DNA from: Candidatus Latescibacterota bacterium
GTDB taxonomy: Bacteria; Latescibacterota; UBA2968; GCA-2709665
Direction: 5' to 3'
DNA length: 64,000 bases
NCBI GenBank assembly: GCA_965116875.1
Contig: OZ220733.1
Span: forward strand, 1,696,001-1,760,000
The notes beneath the pieces are model-generated. The model was given only the letters and a program-made list of their open reading frames with translations, did no database searches and was not told the DNA's origin. The translations under genes were made by a program, and so were the position numbers. Shown here in pieces: positions 55,978-64,000 of this stretch (the stretch's first letter is position 1; each line of letters starts with the position of its first letter).

Positions 55978-57750
55978 CTACCTTTTTCCTTCTACCTTCC
56001 TTGAAGACGGCGCTGCCTTCGGGGTGGCTTTGGTGTAGAGCCCGCCCCGACTCCGGTCGTAGATGACCTCGATACTTCCGTTTTTCGAAACCAGGCGCGG
56101 CACGTTGTTGGACTTCTCATCGCGGTCCGGTCCACGCATCACCGCAAGCTGCGCCTCGTCCATCCCCTCCAGAAGGTCCCCCCATCGTTCCTCCGGCGTC
56201 GCCATCGCCGCGCCCCCGTTGAAGTGCCGGGAGGAGTACCGCGTGAGAATGACGCGGCGGGGGACGTCGCTTTTCCATGCCAGCGCGCCGTGCGCCTGTG
56301 GGCCGTCCATGAAGAAAATGACGTCCCCGGCCTTCGTCAGCGGATGCGTCACCAGCCCCTTGTCGTCGTCACAGGTCCAGACGCCCTTCGGGATCCCGTA
56401 CTGCGCCTTGTGGCTACCCGGCACGCAGGCAAACCCCCCGTCGTTTACGGTGACGTCCCTCAATTGCCATGCCACACCCACGGACGGGCCTCCCAGCGCA
56501 TAGCTGCGGCCGTTCTGGAAGGTATAGTTGCGGGATGGGCTCAACGGCTCGTTCCCGCCATGAAGGAAGTGTCCCGCGCCTCCCCTGGGCGTACAGATCG
56601 CCTCAAAACCCGTACACCGGAAGCCCTTCCCGCCCATCCAGGTGAGGCGGTGGACCACCGCCGGGTGGGCGAGCATCTTCCTGAACGGCTCGCACCAGGG
56701 CCTGGGCATCTCCAGCAGGCCGGCTATGGTGGGCCGCCCGGTCCCGGCCAGGCTCTTTGACCCCATGGCGAGGTCCACGCTTTCAACCACGATACGGTCG
56801 GAAAACCGGTCGACCGCTTCATTCGCCAGCGCCAGGTCCTCCGGCGTCATCACGTTCCGGAGGACGAGATGACCGCACAGGTCCCAGAAATAGAACTCCT
56901 TCTCGTCGATGGTCGAATCCGGATTCCTGATATAGATGGACGGGTGGGACAGATCGGGTTCCGGGTCCACCCAACAGGTCTCCCCATCCGAGCTGAGGGT
57001 GGGAGGCGGGTCGGTTTCGCTATAGCCGGGCTTGTGAAGCATTATGCGCTGCTCCGGCGTCAATTGCTCCATCCATTCGGGTTGGTCTTCCCTCCGGGTC
57101 TTCGGCCCGGTGCCAGTGGACTGCACCGCCGCGTGTCCCGCGTAATTGTACTGGAGCAGCCGCTGGGGGCGCTCCCGCGATCCGGGACGTACGCCCTGCA
57201 GCAGGGTCGCCGCGCACAGCAGCAGGTCGCCCGCCACCAGCGCCGGCTGCACGGTGAGTCCCAGGTCGTCCCTCCCGGTCAGCACGTCTTCAGGGGTTTC
57301 GACGTTGCTCTTGTGGCTGCACGGGACCAGGGAAAATCCGCCGTCTCCCGCGCTCGCATCGGACAGCGCCCAGATGGCGTGTATTCCCTGGCAGTGACGT
57401 CGGCCGTTGAGGATGTAGTAAGCCCGGCCTGCGTCCATCGGCTCGTTGCCGCCGGCGAGGCCGCCGCTGTTTGCCTCCGCACTGCCGATCAACTCCGGTT
57501 CGCTGTCCAGCCGGAAACCGTATCCGATCAGCTGGTTCAGGTAATTGACCAGCAGGGGATGGACCATCAGGTCGCGGAACGGCTCCCGGTGCGGCGCGGG
57601 CCATCCCAGCATCCCGTTCGCCCGGTCCTCCTGCCCGAGCGCCCGATTGCAGGCGTCGACCTCTTCAGAAGTCAAGACGCCCCTCAGAATCAGGTAGCCC
57701 GAGATATCGAAACAGTAGTTCTCCTCGTGGCTCATCTCCAGCCGGTCCAT
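55978..57750 (-). CDS. Tandem two-domain PhyH-family protein (degenerate N-domain, LHGG-type C-domain)
   Basis: Two repeats of (F/W)DxxGxLxLRxV...PFR...HP...GGFxxVPxSHK; C-domain LHGG...AHG, N-domain LAGG...LQG. Confidence 0.85.
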   Translation of the reverse strand: MDRLEMSHEENYCFDISGYLILRGVLTSEEVDACNRALGQEDRANGMLGWPAPHREPFRDLMVHPLLVNYLNQLIGYGFRLDSEPELIGSAEANSGGLAGGNEPMDAGRAYYILNGRRHCQGIHAIWALSDASAGDGGFSLVPCSHKSNVETPEDVLTGRDDLGLTVQPALVAGDLLLCAATLLQGVRPGSRERPQRLLQYNYAGHAAVQSTGTGPKTRREDQPEWMEQLTPEQRIMLHKPGYSETDPPPTLSSDGETCWVDPEPDLSHPSIYIRNPDSTIDEKEFYFWDLCGHLVLRNVMTPEDLALANEAVDRFSDRIVVESVDLAMGSKSLAGTGRPTIAGLLEMPRPWCEPFRKMLAHPAVVHRLTWMGGKGFRCTGFEAICTPRGGAGHFLHGGNEPLSPSRNYTFQNGRSYALGGPSVGVAWQLRDVTVNDGGFACVPGSHKAQYGIPKGVWTCDDDKGLVTHPLTKAGDVIFFMDGPQAHGALAWKSDVPRRVILTRYSSRHFNGGAAMATPEERWGDLLEGMDEAQLAVMRGPDRDEKSNNVPRLVSKNGSIEVIYDRSRGGLYTKATPKAAPSSRKVEGKR

Positions 57751-58171
57751 TTCCAACCTCCTATATCGTGTACACATTCCAGAAGCCATTATAATATGCA
57801 GTAGCCATGATACTTGTCGAAAATCGAAGGTGTCAACAGAAAACGGGACGCGCCGCTCGCAGCGATCAGTCGTTAGCTGTCAGCTCTCAGCCGTCAGCTA
57901 AATCCGGTCTACGATACGGACAGGCGATATCGATCCGCGGATGTCCGGTTTTTTGTAGGGGCGACCGGCCGGTCGCCCCTACAGAACAAATCACGCGCGG
58001 TTTTATGCGCAGCCACGAGGATTATCCCTGAAAATGCAACAACAGCGAAGCGAGGCCAGGATGGCCTCGCTACGGTACCATGCATTCACGCAACGGCCTG
58101 CGGGGGCCGCCCCGAAAAGTGTTACCGATGTGCCCGAACAGATGTTACCCTGGGAAACGGTCTACCAAGAG

Positions 58172-58300
58172 CGGGAAGACGTGAGAGGGGAGAGGGGAGA
58201 GATTGCCTGCGTTATGAGGTTTCTTCTCGTGCCGGAGGCAAGGAGGTGTAACCGATCGGGCAAGGGCTTCTTCTACCGTCTACCCTCTCCCGTCTCACCG
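58172..58300 (+). repeat. ~120-bp hairpin element, copy 5, followed by REP copies at 58306-58372
   Basis: Same arms and core as 44063-44186. Confidence 0.8.
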
Positions 58301-58558
58301 CCTTCGGGCAACCACAAGGGTTGCCCCTACGAATGCAATGACGGCGTTCCGAGGGCAGGATGCCCTCGCTCCGGGGAGCGGAAGACGGGAGAGGATAGAA
58401 GGAAGCGGACCGCGCCGCCCTGGTCTCGCGCCCTCTTTCGTGATCCATTTCTGTATATCCGTTAGCGAATATCCGGCTTCGAGGATGTCATATGGAAAAG
58501 TTATCTAACCTTCTTCCTTTTTCCTTTTTCCTTCTTCCCTCTTTGAAAGGAATTCACC

Positions 58559-59521
58559 ATGTCTGATTTGAAAGCGGCGGTGATCGGTTGCGGCGGCCAT
58601 GCGCAGTCGCATTTGCAGATGATCGCGGACGAACCGAGGCTTCGGCTGGCGGGCATCGCGGAACTCGACGAAGAGCGGTTGCGCAGGAACCGTTCCGAAT
58701 GGGCCCCCGAGCAGGCCTTTGTCGACTATCGACAGATGCTCGACGCATGCGCGCCGGACGTCGTTTACGTTGTCACGAATCCCGGGCACCTGCTCCCCAT
58801 CGTTCTCGATTGCCTGGACAGGGGTATCCACACGTCGGTGGAGAAGTCGCCTGGAATGGACACAGGCGAGACCGAGCAGATGGCGCGCGCCGCCCGGGAG
58901 AGCGCGGGCAAGGGCATCGTGTCCTTCAATCGTCGATACTATCCCCATGTGCTCGCTGTCCGGAGGCGCATCCAGGCCGGCGGAGGCGCGGTACACGTCG
59001 CGGCCACGTACAACAAGCCGTTATCCCGGTTTAAAGCCGCAACGCCCGACCCGGTGATCTGCGACGCCATCCACCACGTGGACCTGATCCGCTGGCTGGC
59101 GGGTTCCGGTCCGGAGGAAGCGGCGATACCCGTGGAGGTGAGGGGCATGGTGCAGGACGGCGAGCGCCCGGTATGCCATCGCCACAATGCCGTGGTGCGT
59201 TTCGACACGGGCGCATTCGGCGTCCTGATGAGCCACTATGGCGTGGGCTTTCGCATTCAGCGGGCCGAGGTGCACGGGGAGGACCTGTCGGTCTATCTGG
59301 ATCTGACGAGGGCGCCGCGGGTGGAAGGATATGAGCGGGGCGAGCCGTTTTCAGTGGGGGACGACGAAATCGAGGCCGTGGGCGGGGCAGGCTTCAACGA
59401 GATCGTCCACTTCGTCGACTGCATTCTGGAAGACCGCACGCCATGGTCAACCCTGGACGACGCCGTCCACACCATGCGCCTGTGCGAGGCCATCCGCGCC
59501 GGGCATCAGGGGACGTTGTAG
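58559..59521 (+). CDS. Gfo/Idh/MocA-family oxidoreductase
   Basis: IGCGGHA, FVDYRQML, VEKSP, FNRRY, DAIHHVD. Confidence 0.9.
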   Translation: MSDLKAAVIGCGGHAQSHLQMIADEPRLRLAGIAELDEERLRRNRSEWAPEQAFVDYRQMLDACAPDVVYVVTNPGHLLPIVLDCLDRGIHTSVEKSPGMDTGETEQMARAARESAGKGIVSFNRRYYPHVLAVRRRIQAGGGAVHVAATYNKPLSRFKAATPDPVICDAIHHVDLIRWLAGSGPEEAAIPVEVRGMVQDGERPVCHRHNAVVRFDTGAFGVLMSHYGVGFRIQRAEVHGEDLSVYLDLTRAPRVEGYERGEPFSVGDDEIEAVGGAGFNEIVHFVDCILEDRTPWSTLDDAVHTMRLCEAIRAGHQGTL

Positions 59522-59605
59522 GGGTACGGCCCTCGTGGAGACCCTCGCGCGGGGTTGGTGAATCGCAGGGTATGGCTGGCGTGGTGTGAATGGGTACCAG
59601 ACGCT

Positions 59606-62023
59606 CTACTCGTACCGCAACGCGTCCACGGGATTCGCCAGTGCGGCCTTGACTGACTGTGCGCCCACGGTCAGCATTGCGATCCCGAGCGCCAGAACGC
59701 CGCAAAGAATGAAGACCTCGGGTTCAGGATCGATCCGATAGGCGAAATTCTGCAGCCACCTGTTCATCACGTAGTAGGCGACCGGCCACGCCAGCAGATT
59801 GCCAACCAGAACAAGCTTCGCGAATTCACTGGAGAGCAGGAGAGAAAGACTTGAAACCGAGCCCCCAAGGACCTTTCGGATGCCGACCTCCCTGGTTCGT
59901 CGTGTCACGGACAGTGATGCCAGCCCGAGCAGTCCCAGACACGAAATCAGGATCGCGAATAGAAACGTATAACCGGTAACCCTGAACCATCGATCTTCAT
60001 TCCGGTACTGGTTGGCGAGACTATCTTCCAGAAAGGAATAATGAAAGGGCTCGTCAGACGCCACTTTTTCCCACGTCTTCTCAAGAAACGCGATCGTACT
60101 GGCAATGTCCTCGGGCTGGATCCGGATAAGAACGAAGGGTCCGAATGCCCTGGGTCCACTGTGCAATAACAACGGCTGAATCTCCTTGCGCATGGAATCG
60201 AAATGGAAGTCCCTTACAACGCCAGCGATGGACGGTTCTCCCAGGTTCCGCCACGCTAGATTTCTCAAAATCCTCCCAACCGGTTCCGTCCAGGCCAGCA
60301 TCCCAGCCAACTTCTCATTCACAAGCGCATACGATGTAGAATCGGTGGAGGACGCTGGTGGGATATTGCGCCCTGCAACGAGCTGAATTTCCAGGGTCTC
60401 AAGGTAGTCGCGGTCGATCTGGATCACCCGGACATTGAGACGCTCGCCGTTTTCCTTTTCCATGGGTATGATGTTGTACCCGGTTGTAAACGCCCGATCA
60501 CTGATGGTTGCGCTGACAACCCTTGGGGATCTGCCGATTTCCGCCTTGTAACGAGCACTGACAGCGTCTGCATTACTCACCATGGCACGAACAACCACCA
60601 GCTGTTCTTCGCGGTACCCCAAATCCTTGTCTCTTACGTAGCTGAGCTGTCGAAACATCATCGCTGCGCCGATCATCAGTGCGATCGACAGAGCATATTG
60701 TGCGACGCCTAGCGCCCTTGAACCTGCGTTTCGCCTTCCAATCCGCACTTGTCCTTTGAGCACATCAACTGTATGGAGCCCGGGCAGAACCAGAGCCGGA
60801 TAGCTGCCCGCTGCCAGTCCAACGATTAACACCATAACCGACAGCACCAGCGATGTTCCCCAACCGTCCAGGTAGGGGATGCTCAGATTCTTGCGCGCGA
60901 GCCCGTTGAAGACAGGAAGGAACATCTCGGCGAGGGCGACAGCCATCGCCAGGGCAATCAGGCTCAATAGCAAAGCCTCACCCCAAAACTGCCCCATGAG
61001 CTGCACCCGCTGCGCACCCATCGCTTTGCGCATTCCGACTTCCCGAGCGCGTCCTACGGACCGGCCGACTGCCAGGGTCATGTAATTGATACCCGCGATT
61101 GCAAGCACCAGAAGGGCAAGCCCGAAGAGTATATAGGAATAGAATATGTTGCCCGCGGCTTCGTACGAATTGCCTCTGACGTCAGCATTCAGATAAACGT
61201 CCTGTAGCGGCTGGAGGCGTAACAACATCCCACCATCCGTGGGTCCCACTCGACCGTGTTCTTTCAAGAGCCCGATCCTGTCCCCCAGGTGCTTCTTGGC
61301 AAAGGGCGGAAACGCGGCTTCCAGCGACTCGGATTCCTGGGTTTCCATCAATTGTACGTATACAGAGGCACTCCCGCCCGTGCCATCCCTGTTTATTGGA
61401 TAGTTGCCGTGGTACTCAATGGGGATAAGTAAACTGAACCTCAGGCTAGAGGTCTCGGGAACGTCCCGCATCACCCCTGTAACGGCGAATGGCTTGCCCC
61501 CAAGCAGCAACGTTTTATCTAGCGCGGCAGGGTAGCCGCCGTCCAGATTTCCAAAGAACTTGAGGGAAACTGTCTCGCTTATCACGACCCCGTCGAGCCG
61601 CTGGAGGGCCGTCGCAGGGTCTCCAGCCAGGAGCGGAAATGAGAACATCATCAGAAAGTCCGGTTCCACCATGCCGAAGGATTCCTGAAAGAAGATCTTC
61701 TCACGGGATACCTGCGTCCGTGAGCGAATGAACCCGCTCGCCCGCTCGATTCCCGGGAATTCCTCCTTCAGCGATGCTGCAAGAGATGGAGGATGAAGGG
61801 TGGAATATCCGACGCTGCCGTCAGGCCTGGTCTCCCTCACGATCACCCGGAAGATATTGTCAGCATTCTCGTGGAAGGCGTCGTACTGCCACTCATGCCG
61901 GACGTAGAGAAAGATCAGGATGCAACACGCAATGCCGATCGCCAGTCCGAACACGTTGATGAACGCGTACAGCTTCTGTCGGAGCAGGTGCCGCACGGCC
62001 ACGATCAGATAGTTACGGAACAT
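59606..62023 (-). CDS. MacB/FtsX-like ABC transporter permease (duplicated)
   Basis: MFRNYL..INVFGLAIG, RAREVGMRKAMGA, RTREVGIRKVLG, ANPVDALRYE. Confidence 0.92.
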   Translation of the reverse strand: MFRNYLIVAVRHLLRQKLYAFINVFGLAIGIACCILIFLYVRHEWQYDAFHENADNIFRVIVRETRPDGSVGYSTLHPPSLAASLKEEFPGIERASGFIRSRTQVSREKIFFQESFGMVEPDFLMMFSFPLLAGDPATALQRLDGVVISETVSLKFFGNLDGGYPAALDKTLLLGGKPFAVTGVMRDVPETSSLRFSLLIPIEYHGNYPINRDGTGGSASVYVQLMETQESESLEAAFPPFAKKHLGDRIGLLKEHGRVGPTDGGMLLRLQPLQDVYLNADVRGNSYEAAGNIFYSYILFGLALLVLAIAGINYMTLAVGRSVGRAREVGMRKAMGAQRVQLMGQFWGEALLLSLIALAMAVALAEMFLPVFNGLARKNLSIPYLDGWGTSLVLSVMVLIVGLAAGSYPALVLPGLHTVDVLKGQVRIGRRNAGSRALGVAQYALSIALMIGAAMMFRQLSYVRDKDLGYREEQLVVVRAMVSNADAVSARYKAEIGRSPRVVSATISDRAFTTGYNIIPMEKENGERLNVRVIQIDRDYLETLEIQLVAGRNIPPASSTDSTSYALVNEKLAGMLAWTEPVGRILRNLAWRNLGEPSIAGVVRDFHFDSMRKEIQPLLLHSGPRAFGPFVLIRIQPEDIASTIAFLEKTWEKVASDEPFHYSFLEDSLANQYRNEDRWFRVTGYTFLFAILISCLGLLGLASLSVTRRTREVGIRKVLGGSVSSLSLLLSSEFAKLVLVGNLLAWPVAYYVMNRWLQNFAYRIDPEPEVFILCGVLALGIAMLTVGAQSVKAALANPVDALRYE

Positions 62024-62358
62024 TCAGATTCCTCAAGGACCCTGAGTCACATCTGTCCAAAATCGTCGTTTCCGGTTTATTTCGTGTCGGGCCTTGAATC
62101 TTCTCCTTACCGGTCGCCGCAGGATCTGGTAAGACTCGGTAGTCCCCACACCGGAAACGAGCCCCCTCCGTCCGAAGGCAATCGGCCTGGGGGGCACCCT
62201 TCGACAGGCTCAGCACAGGCAACGAACGTCATTGAGCCTGCACCCTGAGGCTGTGGCTCTTGCGTCGCGCCCTGAGCCGCTCCCTGAGCTTGTCGAAGGG
62301 TCGGCGAAGGATTGTGCATCGGTGTCGATCTATTTCCGCGACGGGTCATTGATCCCAG

Positions 62359-63048
62359 CTAGTTCGGCGCTTGTTCCTTGATGTTCTCCGATACGACGTG
62401 GCCGTCGAACAGGTGAACCACGCGGTGCGCGAATCCCGCGTCGTGTGCCTTGTGCGTGACCATGACGATCGTCGTTCCGTTCTTGTTCAGTTCGGTCAGC
62501 AGTCCCATTACCTCGTTGCCGTTGGCGGAGTCCAGGTTCCCCGTAGGCTCGTCCGCAAGGATGATCTTCGGATTCGAGATGACCGCCCGCGCCACGGCCA
62601 CGCGCTGCTGCTGTCCGCCCGACAACTGCTGCGGGAAGTGCTTCTCGCGGTGCTTGATGCCCATATACTCCATGGATTCGTCCACGCGCTTCCTGCGTTC
62701 TTTGGACGGCATCTTCAGGTACAGGAGCGGCAGTTCGATATTTTCGGCCACGGTCAGTTCGTCGATCAGATTGAAGCTCTGAAACACAAAGCCGATATTC
62801 TCTTTCCGGGTATCGGCTCTCTGCCGCTCCGTGTGTCCGGAGACCTCCACGTCATTCAGGAAGTATTCTCCATCGGTCGGGTTATCCAGCAGCCCCAGTA
62901 CGTTCAGCAGTGTGGACTTGCCGCAACCCGACGGCCCCATCACAGCCACGAACTCGCCTTCGCTGATCTCCAGGTTGACGTTGCGCAGCGCGGTCGTTTC
63001 GACTTCTTCCGTTCGGTAAACCTTCTGTAAATCGACCGTTTTGATCAT
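62359..63048 (-). CDS. ABC transporter ATP-binding protein (MacB/LolD-like)
   Basis: GPSGCGKS, FVFQSFNL, LSGGQQQR, ADEPTGNLD, MVTH. Confidence 0.95.
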   Translation of the reverse strand: MIKTVDLQKVYRTEEVETTALRNVNLEISEGEFVAVMGPSGCGKSTLLNVLGLLDNPTDGEYFLNDVEVSGHTERQRADTRKENIGFVFQSFNLIDELTVAENIELPLLYLKMPSKERRKRVDESMEYMGIKHREKHFPQQLSGGQQQRVAVARAVISNPKIILADEPTGNLDSANGNEVMGLLTELNKNGTTIVMVTHKAHDAGFAHRVVHLFDGHVVSENIKEQAPN

Positions 63049-63069
63049 CGCGAGACTCCTTATGAAAGG

Positions 63070-63393
63070 GTAGACGTTAGACGGGAGACGGTAGATGAAA
63101 TGAGTGCCTGTTCGGTCTGTTAACCATATCGACAATTTATACGTAATCGGCACAAGTCATGATTGATATACTTTCTGTCAGTCCTGGCAGTAACGCGATG
63201 TGGCAGAGTTCCATCATCGCGTTCAGGCTCTATCCTTTTTGACCCGCCACTGGACGAGGTAGCGAGGTTCTTTCTCCTACGTCTTACCGAGGTTTGAGAT
63301 GACCCGCCTTGTAGGGCCTCAATTTATGCCGGAGGCATTAAGGTAGAACAAATCGGCAAAGATCTCATCTTCCGTCTACCCTCTCCCGTCTCA
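63070..63393 (+). repeat. Long variant (copy 6) of the hairpin element, with ~220 bp extra internal sequence
   Basis: Left arm gtagacgttagacgggagacggtaga; diverged core gagatgacccgccttgt...tgccggaggca...atcggcaa...cttccgtctaccctctcccgtc at ~63296-63393. Confidence 0.65.
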
Positions 63394-64000
63394 CCGCTGT
63401 AGAACCAGCTTATCGATTTCCTCATAGTTCTCATACGACGAGGTCACGACGCGCTCTCCCGGCGCCAGACCCTCGAGCACTTCGAAATACTCCGGGTTCT
63501 GGCGTCCGATACGGACATCGCGCCGCACGGCCAGATCTCCCTCCACCACGAAGACCCAGTTGCCGCCGGTGGTCTGATAGAATCCGCCCCTCGGCAACAG
63601 CAGCGCTTCTTCCGGCGCGTCCAGCTCCAGTCGAATCTGCTCCGTCTGTCCGCGGCGGATGCTTCGAGGCGCTTTGCCCACGAAAACCATGTCGACCTCG
63701 AACTGCCCCTCCTTCACCTCGGGAAAGACCCGGCGGATTTTCAACTCGAAGATCTCGTCGTCGATATCGATGGTCCCCCTGAGCCCCGTTGTAATCCTCG
63801 TGATGTAGAACTCATCGATGGCCGCGCGCATCTTGTACGCGTCCAGAACGTCGACCTGACCGATGCTGGTTCCCTTCCCGATCAACTTGCCGATCTCGGC
63901 GTTGAGTTGCGACAACTGACCGCCGATCGGCGCGCGGACGGTCAGGTTTCTCAACGGACGGCGCACGTCATCCAGTTGAAGCTGCAGGCTCTGTGCGCGC
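63391..64000 (-). CDS. HlyD/MacA-family periplasmic adaptor subunit, 5' end outside the window
   Basis: VRAPIGGQL, IDEFYI, LPRGGFYQTTGGNWVFV, IGRQNPEYFEVLEGL. Confidence 0.9.
   Translation of the reverse strand, partial: RAQSLQLQLDDVRRPLRNLTVRAPIGGQLSQLNAEIGKLIGKGTSIGQVDVLDAYKMRAAIDEFYITRITTGLRGTIDIDDEIFELKIRRVFPEVKEGQFEVDMVFVGKAPRSIRRGQTEQIRLELDAPEEALLLPRGGFYQTTGGNWVFVVEGDLAVRRDVRIGRQNPEYFEVLEGLAPGERVVTSSYENYEEIDKLVLQR

Overview
GC-rich bacterial chromosomal window with no rRNA, tRNA, CRISPR array or intact transposase visible. The gene content (four PhyH-family dioxygenases, three Gfo/Idh/MocA oxidoreductases, BNR/kelch propellers, a heparinase II/III-like protein, dockerin-like and FlgD/T9SS-like C-terminal domains, dense REP-like repeats) suggests an FCB-superphylum organism such as Latescibacterota or Gemmatimonadota, possibly a sponge symbiont; this is inference. 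Main blocks: (1) 1-15 kb, catabolic enzymes interspersed with REP-flanked orphan antitoxins and a DUF2188 + nucleoside-deoxyribosyltransferase/TIR-like gene pair; (2) 15-21.8 kb, a co-oriented mosaic of small accessory genes and pseudogenes; (3) 22-33.5 kb, a cobalamin-riboswitch-led B12 uptake/remodelling operon (BtuF/B/D/C-like, CbiZ, CbiB) that also encodes a BtuG-like propeller-dockerin protein and a secreted tandem-Cache protein; (4) 33.5-40.9 kb, an mcrBC locus embedded in a ~379-bp tandem REP-mosaic array; (5) 41-45 kb, SDR + divergent QueA paralogue + AirS-like Cys-GAF histidine kinase + NarL-type regulator; (6) 45-59.5 kb, sugar-acid/glycan catabolic genes; (7) 59.6-64 kb, a MacAB-like ABC exporter. 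Best candidates for undescribed biology: the redox-sensor/QueA-paralogue module, PhyH enzymes with a halogenase-like His-Gly-Gly motif, the accessory secreted proteins in the B12 operon, and the REP-array-embedded defence loci. All functional calls come from motif recognition by eye; no searches were run.
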